Assembly (NCBI GenBank): GCA_001821055.1
Contig: MHRT01000001.1
Span: 27,868 to 91,867, forward strand
DNA: 64,000 bases
Source: Candidatus Taylorbacteria bacterium RIFCSPHIGHO2_12_FULL_45_16
GTDB taxonomy: Bacteria > Patescibacteriota > Minisyncoccia > Phycocordibacterales > PALSA-1337
Direction: 5' to 3'
Of this stretch, positions 57,934 through 64,000 are shown in pieces. Position numbers and translations under genes: made by a program. The first letter of the stretch is position 1, and every line of letters starts with the position of its first letter. Under the pieces are notes generated by a model, which saw nothing but the letters and a program-made list of their open reading frames with translations, ran no database searches and had not been told where the DNA came from.

Positions 57934-59004
57934 ATGAAAAAGGTCCGCGAAATTATTGCGGTGCTCTGTCTGAGCGCCGTTCTATCATTCATTCCTTCTG
58001 CTGTATTTGGACAGGAGGCCATCGATGTAATGGTGAGGGTATATCAGGCCGCCGCCGTAGACACATCAGAGCCCCCATTCATCATATGGCGAGATGGAGT
58101 TATCTGCGAACTGGCCACCTTTGGCTACCCGAGCACAAATGCCGCACGAGCTGCAAGTCCGAGCAATCGCGAAATATCACCAGTTTTCCAGGTGAGCGAC
58201 ATGTGCGTACCCTCAACCAATTTTTTCGATCGGGGGGTTTTCAATCCTCTGCCACCGAATCAAACACGCCGAGGAAATCGGCCATACAGTTTGCTGATAT
58301 TGACGGGCATCAACGGCAAGGTTTCCCAAAGCCGTGTCTCGTACGAAGTTATATGTGGAATCACAAACTATAACAACTCCGCATCATTAGCTGGTCTGCC
58401 CTATAGCGTAAGTCGAGCAGGCAAAGACGTTGGCGGAGTTCTCAAGACCACAGGCCCGGGAACCGATCTTGTGGACACTTTCATATTCATTGGGGCTAGA
58501 TTTGGGGCGACAGTGAATGTGCCAGAAGAATTGGCCATCCTCAACAATGCGATCGCGGGATTGCCGGGCGGATATATGCCAGTGACTGTCGTCTACAAGT
58601 ACGTCTTGTTTACAGGCTCGACCATAAGTCGGAGTTTCAGTCTAAGAGTGTATCCGGATGGAATGATACCTCGGGCGTACAATAAACTGTGGATTTTTCC
58701 TACACCAAGATCAGACAGTTTTTTCGTGTCCTTGGTAGGACCAGCCAATTCATCTCCGATGACTTTGTTATCAAACAGTGTTCTCGGGACATGGAACGCT
58801 ATGGGAACGGCGTCAGAGGGTAGTTCGTTCGTGATGAGGACTGATGTTGGTTCTGGATTCTTCAGTTTCAGAGTCGATGCCTCTGGGGCACGTTCTGTTG
58901 ACAGTGGAATCATCCCTCTTAAGACTGTAATCTTTCCAATTACTGTAAGAGGAGTTCTTCCAGCGGCGAATGGGGGTCTCGAGATCGATCAGGATTCCCA
59001 ATAA
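57934..59004 (+). CDS. Exported beta-rich protein with Verrucomicrobia-like C-terminal domain
   Basis: Signal peptide (VFG-Q); TLLSNSVLGTW...GSGFFSFRV tail. Confidence 0.65.
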   Translation: MKKVREIIAVLCLSAVLSFIPSAVFGQEAIDVMVRVYQAAAVDTSEPPFIIWRDGVICELATFGYPSTNAARAASPSNREISPVFQVSDMCVPSTNFFDRGVFNPLPPNQTRRGNRPYSLLILTGINGKVSQSRVSYEVICGITNYNNSASLAGLPYSVSRAGKDVGGVLKTTGPGTDLVDTFIFIGARFGATVNVPEELAILNNAIAGLPGGYMPVTVVYKYVLFTGSTISRSFSLRVYPDGMIPRAYNKLWIFPTPRSDSFFVSLVGPANSSPMTLLSNSVLGTWNAMGTASEGSSFVMRTDVGSGFFSFRVDASGARSVDSGIIPLKTVIFPITVRGVLPAANGGLEIDQDSQ

Positions 59005-59298
59005 TGAATGACGACAACCTTTGACGCAAGGGATTGGCGTGGGGAAGACACTCATTTCCCACGTCATTTTTTATTCTTATACGATTTATGACATACAATA
59101 CGGGTTGTTTTCAACTACTTCCTCCATAATGTGTTATAATTGTAACATCAGTTCCTTCTCTTCAAAGTTACGTAACGCTTCTCCAGTAGGTCATCTCAAA
59201 GATTTTTCCGGTTTATGCAGGAACATCGTTTTTGACTTCTTTTTATCTCACTATCATCATTATGGATACAATTCAAAACAAATTAAAATATGTTCAAC

Positions 59299-60243
59299 AT
59301 GAAATCATCTTATAAAAATATATGCACGTACATATTCATTATTATAGTCGGAATGTTTTTTCTGCCTGCGAACGGATTTACCCAAAGTATCGCCCTGGAT
59401 ACTGACTTGGGACAAGATGTCGTAGCATCAAGCTCTTTACCTAAGAGCGACCCTGGTTTGGAGATACTTCAAGATGTTGTTAATTTGATTTCGAACATTT
59501 TTCCTTCTTCTGATCCTTCCACTGAGCTTGATCAGGATGTTATCACTGGGACTTCAACTTCGAGTACTTCCACGCCGCCGACTTCAACCTCTACGCCACC
59601 TTCTGATCCATCAACTGATGATGATCAGGATAGCCCTGCTGATGTCGAAGAAAGTGTTCCAGGACCTCTTCCTTCTTCTGATCCTTCCACTGAGCTTGAT
59701 CAGGATGTTATCACTGGAACTTCAACTTCGAGTACTTCCACGCCGCCGACCTCCACATCGACACCGCCCTCTGATCCTTCAGGAGATGGTGACCAAGATG
59801 GTACACTTCCAGATCAACCTGAATCTGAGACCGTAATAACCCAGGACAACAATAGCGGGGGAGTTTCGAGTGGCTCGAGTGGTTCACGTGGTAGTGTCGT
59901 TTTCAATGGAGGATTGGTCAATCAGAATCTCGGGTCAGTTCAAAATGTTCCTATTCAGTCTATTGTCGTGACGGGAAATGCTCCACAAAATGTGCCCTTG
60001 CTAGGAGAAGAAGTTGGCTCATCTGATCTAGCCGCCGTTGGCGAAGCCCCTCCACTTTTTGACGTGAGCTCACAGCCGGTTCTGGCAGAACAACAGAACC
60101 TTCTGCCGTGGATTGTTTTTTTACTCATTCTGTTTGGTCTTATGATAGTACTGATCCGGTATCTTGTACGACGGAAGAGGGCAGAGGCGGAAGCAGTCTC
60201 AATCGCCGAGAGAAGCCTGAATGGAGTTAAAAAGAAACCATAA
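59299..60243 (+). CDS. Ser/Thr/Pro/Asp-rich surface protein with C-terminal TM anchor
   Basis: Signal peptide, duplicated low-complexity block, TM followed by RRKR. Confidence 0.75.
   Translation: MKSSYKNICTYIFIIIVGMFFLPANGFTQSIALDTDLGQDVVASSSLPKSDPGLEILQDVVNLISNIFPSSDPSTELDQDVITGTSTSSTSTPPTSTSTPPSDPSTDDDQDSPADVEESVPGPLPSSDPSTELDQDVITGTSTSSTSTPPTSTSTPPSDPSGDGDQDGTLPDQPESETVITQDNNSGGVSSGSSGSRGSVVFNGGLVNQNLGSVQNVPIQSIVVTGNAPQNVPLLGEEVGSSDLAAVGEAPPLFDVSSQPVLAEQQNLLPWIVFLLILFGLMIVLIRYLVRRKRAEAEAVSIAERSLNGVKKKP
59501..59778 (+). repeat. ~110-bp direct repeat, 168-bp offset (59501 and 59669)
   Basis: Encodes PSSDPSTELDQDVITGTSTSSTSTPPTSTSTPPSDPS twice. Confidence 0.9.
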
Positions 60244-60271
60244 ACAGGAACTGGACGTATTATATTATTGT

Positions 60272-61180
60272 ATGAAAATTTTCCACACAGTTGCATTCAT
60301 AGGTTGTTTCATCTTATTATCGGGGATATTTTCCGGGCAACTTGTCGTCAGCGCGCAAACGGAATCTGGACAAAAAAATATTTTTCCGGCGGTTCCTCCA
60401 GAAGCATTGGCTCCTCTCGGGACATTGTTGGCAGAATCCTCACTTTTTGATGTAAATTCGGAATCTGCCGGGGTCCGTGCCGACACCAATAATGCTGGAT
60501 TGATAACGCGAGTTGCTCCCGGGGAACTTCTGCCGGTCTCAGTCAAGCTATCAAATTTTGGTGGAGGTACACGAGTTGATGTATTACTAAGATATGGAAT
60601 TTTTTCCGATGAAGAGAAGGAGATCTATGTAGCTACGGAGACGGTAGCAGTCGAAACGACGGCAAGTTTTGTCAAGAACTTGCAAATACCCATCGATACA
60701 GCTCCGGGAACATATGTTGCCAAGACATCAATCATATATCAAGGACAGCTAGTTCCCGCGGCAACGCAGTTCTCTTTTGAGGTGGAACGAAAGATATTTG
60801 GTATCTTCCAAAGTGATTTCTGGAAATATGGAATCGTCATTCTGGTTATAGTCGTGGTTCTGTGGTGGTTGAGTCGAACTATATCCAGACATCGTCGAAC
60901 ATTGCGTACGACACCTTTTGATTATTCAAATGTTCCGCACGCCACGCGCACGTTCTACGAGATTATCAGTGACACTATTATGCAGATGCGCGACCGCGTC
61001 GGCGATAGTGCTCTCATTATTGCCTCAAATATAGATGGATTGAAGATTGAGAATGAAACAGGCAAGGTACTCTCGGTGACCGGCCGTCCCGGAAAAATCG
61101 TTGCTGATTTGGTCTCGGAATACGAGAAATTGCTCGGTAAAAAAGTAAGCTTCTCCTTTCGAAAAGAGAAGACTGATTAA
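60272..61180 (+). CDS. Membrane protein with extracellular Ig-like domain and cytoplasmic C-terminal domain
   Basis: Signal, LFDV motif shared with the upstream gene, TM at ~aa 185. Confidence 0.75.
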   Translation: MKIFHTVAFIGCFILLSGIFSGQLVVSAQTESGQKNIFPAVPPEALAPLGTLLAESSLFDVNSESAGVRADTNNAGLITRVAPGELLPVSVKLSNFGGGTRVDVLLRYGIFSDEEKEIYVATETVAVETTASFVKNLQIPIDTAPGTYVAKTSIIYQGQLVPAATQFSFEVERKIFGIFQSDFWKYGIVILVIVVVLWWLSRTISRHRRTLRTTPFDYSNVPHATRTFYEIISDTIMQMRDRVGDSALIIASNIDGLKIENETGKVLSVTGRPGKIVADLVSEYEKLLGKKVSFSFRKEKTD

Positions 61181-61201
61181 TAAGACATTATTATAATTCA
61201 T

Positions 61202-61597
61202 ATGAATACACAAAAAACAGTACTGATCGTAGAAGATGAAAAGAGCCTCCGTGAGGCTATAGTAGATATTCTTCATCTTCACAATTATCGCACTCTCGAA
61301 GCCAAAAACGGCAAAGAGGGGGTGGAGATCGCTCTTAGAGAGCATCCGGATATGATCCTGCTCGATCTGATCATGCCCGAAATGGACGGCATGGCCGTAC
61401 TCAAGAAAATCCGCGAGGATACTTGGGGTGCTCACGTTTTTGTCATCATACTCACCAACGTTAGCGCCACGAATGAACAGTTGGTTAACGACATGGTGAC
61501 TCACAAGCCACTCAACTATCTCATCAAGTCGGACTGGAAACTCCATGACGTGGTTGAGAAAATGGAACAAATATTTAAAGCACAAAACACCACATGA
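61202..61597 (+). CDS. Single-domain response regulator
   Basis: LIVEDE, LLDLIMPEMDG, ILTN, YLIK. Confidence 0.93.
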   Translation: MNTQKTVLIVEDEKSLREAIVDILHLHNYRTLEAKNGKEGVEIALREHPDMILLDLIMPEMDGMAVLKKIREDTWGAHVFVIILTNVSATNEQLVNDMVTHKPLNYLIKSDWKLHDVVEKMEQIFKAQNTT

Positions 61598-61659
61598 TGG
61601 GCAATCGCCACTCTGCCAAAGTCGGGAGGTGGCACATTAATCAAGATAATAATACGTAT

Positions 61660-62283
61660 ATGAAAAAGAATTTAATAAAAAAACAGAAAATAATTGATCC
61701 CAAAAAACTCGCCGAAGAGTATATGTCGACCCTGATTGACATTGTTGAAGTTGCCCGAGAATCATTTCTGATTCTCGACTCAAAACTCCGTGTAATCATA
61801 GCTAATCCGACGTTCTATAAAGTATTTCGAGTTGTCAAAAAAGAAACAGTGCACAAATTCGTGTACCAACTCGGGAACGGTCAGTGGAATATTCCGGTGC
61901 TCAAAAGTCTGCTGGAAGATATCTTGCCCAAGAAAAAAGTGGTAAAAAATTTCGAAGTGACCCATCGATTTGAAACCATCGGTGAAAAGTCCATGCTTCT
62001 CAACGCGCGCCAGATAGACTCGGTTCAGCTCATCATTTTGGCTATAGAAGATATAACCCGTCGCAAGGAACTGGAAATGGAGTTATTTAATCAAAACAAA
62101 AGACTTGAAATTACAATAACTGATCGTACTGTAGAGCTGACCAATCGGATCAAAGATCTGGAAGTGTTGAACAGAAGCATGGTTGGTCGCGAGCTCCGCA
62201 TGGTCGAACTCAAAAAAGAACTCGAAATAGCTAGAAGACAACACAGGAATGGTAACGGTAACAAGCGACACAAAAATGGCTAA
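61660..62283 (+). CDS. PAS-domain / coiled-coil signalling protein
   Basis: LILDSKLRV..AN..FY..F, LGNGQW, LNAR, IEDIT; MVGRELRMVELK. Confidence 0.85.
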   Translation: MKKNLIKKQKIIDPKKLAEEYMSTLIDIVEVARESFLILDSKLRVIIANPTFYKVFRVVKKETVHKFVYQLGNGQWNIPVLKSLLEDILPKKKVVKNFEVTHRFETIGEKSMLLNARQIDSVQLIILAIEDITRRKELEMELFNQNKRLEITITDRTVELTNRIKDLEVLNRSMVGRELRMVELKKELEIARRQHRNGNGNKRHKNG

Positions 62284-63847
62284 AAAATTGTCGGTCATGG
62301 ATGATAAGGTTTTGTATCATTTGCTTTTTGATAATATGGTGGATGGTTTGGCCTATTGCAAGATGTTTTTTGACGCAGAAGGGCGACCGGTTGATTTTGT
62401 ATACCTGAAGATAAACAAAAATTTTGAAAAATTAACCGGGCTAAAAAAAGCCACAGGCAAAAAAGCCACCGAGATCATTTCTGGCATCAAACTATCCAAT
62501 CCAGAACTTTTTGAGATTTATGGTAGAGTATCTCTGACGGGAAAATCTGAAAGATTTGAAATATACATCAAACCGCTTATGCGGTGGTTTTCTATTTCAG
62601 TCTTCAGTCCTAGAAGAAAATTTTTCGCGGCAGTCTTTCAAAACATCACGGATCGTAAGGAAGTAGAAAAAAATTTGATGAATGCCAAGATTGCGGCTCA
62701 AAATGTGCTAGAAGATTTGAGCATCGAAAAAGCAAAATTGGAGATGGCGCAGGCCAAGGAAGAGGCTATTTTGCTGTCAATCGGTGATGGACTCGTGGCT
62801 ACCGATGAACATGGGTATGTTATCCTTTTCAACAAAACAGCTGAAAAACTTCTAGGCATAAAAAATAAGGACGCCATGGGGACAATTTTTTCCCAAATTC
62901 TTCGCATAGAGAATGAAAAGGGCGTTGTTATGGAGGTCGACAAACATCCTGTATCAATGGCCCTCTCGCGTAATGTTTCCACTCATATTCCAATTGTCTC
63001 CGACTCATATTATATGTCGAAAAATGTGGGTAGATTCCCTGTGGCGATCATGGCTACGCCAGTCGTTCTTGACGGCAAAGTTATTGGAACCATAGAAGTT
63101 TTCCGGGATATCACGCGGGAAAAGGAGATAGATCGGGCTAAAAGCGAATTTGTCTCTCTGGCATCACATCAGTTGCGTACGCCACTTACCGCAATCAGCT
63201 GGTATACGGAAATGATCTTACGAGGGGATGTTGGCACGGTTGTCCCTACCCAGAGGAAATATTTGGAAGAAATATATAAAGGAAATCAGCGGATGATTGA
63301 TCTCGTCAATACTCTCTTGGATGTTTCGCGTATTGAGCTAGGTACTTTCAATTCTGATCCGAAGCCTATTGATATCTTTGCTCTTGCGAGTAGCGTGCTG
63401 AATGAACAAAAACAGCGGATTAAACAGAAAAAACTAACACTGATTCCTACTTTTGCCTCGAATATTTCCACATTTTTGACAGATCCGAAACTACTCCGCA
63501 TTGTATTCCAAAATCTGTTGAGCAATGCGATAGAGTATACGCCTTCGGGAGGCACTGTCGGTTTTACAATTTCGTCTGATACCAAGGATACCATAGATGT
63601 GCAGGTTTCCGACACGGGCTACGGCATACCAAAAGATCAGCAAAATAAAATATTCACGAAATTTTTTCGGGCCGATAACGTAAGAAACAAGGATACCGGT
63701 GGAACCGGTCTTGGTTTGTACATTGTAAAATCGATTGTCGAAAATTTCGGCGGGAAAATATGGTTTGAGTCCGAAGAAAATAAAGGCACCTTATTCCATG
63801 CCCATCTCCCGGCGACTGTTTTGGAAAAGAAACTAGTTGCCGTTTAG
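62276..63847 (+). CDS. PAS-PAS sensor histidine kinase
   Basis: SHQLRTPL, NLLSNA, DTGYGIP, GTGLGL. Confidence 0.96.
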   Translation: MAKKLSVMDDKVLYHLLFDNMVDGLAYCKMFFDAEGRPVDFVYLKINKNFEKLTGLKKATGKKATEIISGIKLSNPELFEIYGRVSLTGKSERFEIYIKPLMRWFSISVFSPRRKFFAAVFQNITDRKEVEKNLMNAKIAAQNVLEDLSIEKAKLEMAQAKEEAILLSIGDGLVATDEHGYVILFNKTAEKLLGIKNKDAMGTIFSQILRIENEKGVVMEVDKHPVSMALSRNVSTHIPIVSDSYYMSKNVGRFPVAIMATPVVLDGKVIGTIEVFRDITREKEIDRAKSEFVSLASHQLRTPLTAISWYTEMILRGDVGTVVPTQRKYLEEIYKGNQRMIDLVNTLLDVSRIELGTFNSDPKPIDIFALASSVLNEQKQRIKQKKLTLIPTFASNISTFLTDPKLLRIVFQNLLSNAIEYTPSGGTVGFTISSDTKDTIDVQVSDTGYGIPKDQQNKIFTKFFRADNVRNKDTGGTGLGLYIVKSIVENFGGKIWFESEENKGTLFHAHLPATVLEKKLVAV

Positions 63848-63889
63848 TCACGTTCGCGTGCCCCATTTACGTTAACAGTATATATTTAT

Positions 63890-64000
63890 ATGATTACTAA
63901 ATCTCCCTCATTCAAAAAAATAGCCATCGAAGTCATAGAAGATGATTTGTCCCTCCGGGCCGTGCTTCGCGATAAATTCGTTCTTGAGGGCTGGAATGTT
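63890..64000 (+). CDS. Response regulator, 3'-truncated by the window
   Basis: IEVIEDDLSLRAVLRDKFVLEGWNV. Confidence 0.75.
   Translation, partial: MITKSPSFKKIAIEVIEDDLSLRAVLRDKFVLEGWNV

Noticed and set aside
1-64000. CRISPR array
   Set aside because: No regularly spaced 25-45-bp repeats with unique spacers; the 17-bp palindromes are dispersed and no cas genes are present

Overview
A 64-kb origin-proximal chromosomal segment of a small-genome bacterium with the hallmarks of Patescibacteria/CPR (Parcubacteria-like). These include a short YidC, the CPR-type virB4/prgI/pilin cluster, rpsO-NYN-pnp linkage, an H+-PPase, and few Shine-Dalgarno sites. Standard genetic code. Order: oriC region (dnaN-dnaA | rpmH-rnpA-yidC); a ~13-kb minus-strand T4SS-like/pilin membrane cluster; rsmA, pcrA, LysM-M23, comM, dksA-like, pnp, rpsO, xerC/D, xth, cca; four tRNAs; an AbiE type IV TA pair; hup, rny, clpP, a frameshifted rsmE, tig, hppA, HigBA, nusA; and a two-component cluster running off the end. 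The most striking unexplained signals are five. (1) A ~530-nt ORF-free, densely base-paired region (33470-34000) whose G-U wobbles all point to a + strand RNA. (2) Several solitary exported proteins carrying diderm/PVC-type sorting signals (OM beta-barrel beta-signal, PEP-CTERM, Verrucomicrobia-like C-terminal tail), plus an i-type lysozyme and a truncated serpin, in a lineage believed to lack an outer membrane; these are candidate host-directed proteins. (3) A 17-bp palindrome CCGAGGT-NNN-ACCTCGG, found five times inside coding sequences and once as a variant upstream of pnp. (4) A parS cluster encoded inside cca. (5) Pervasive leaderless promoters. Taxonomy and all family calls come from motif recognition only; no database searches were run.
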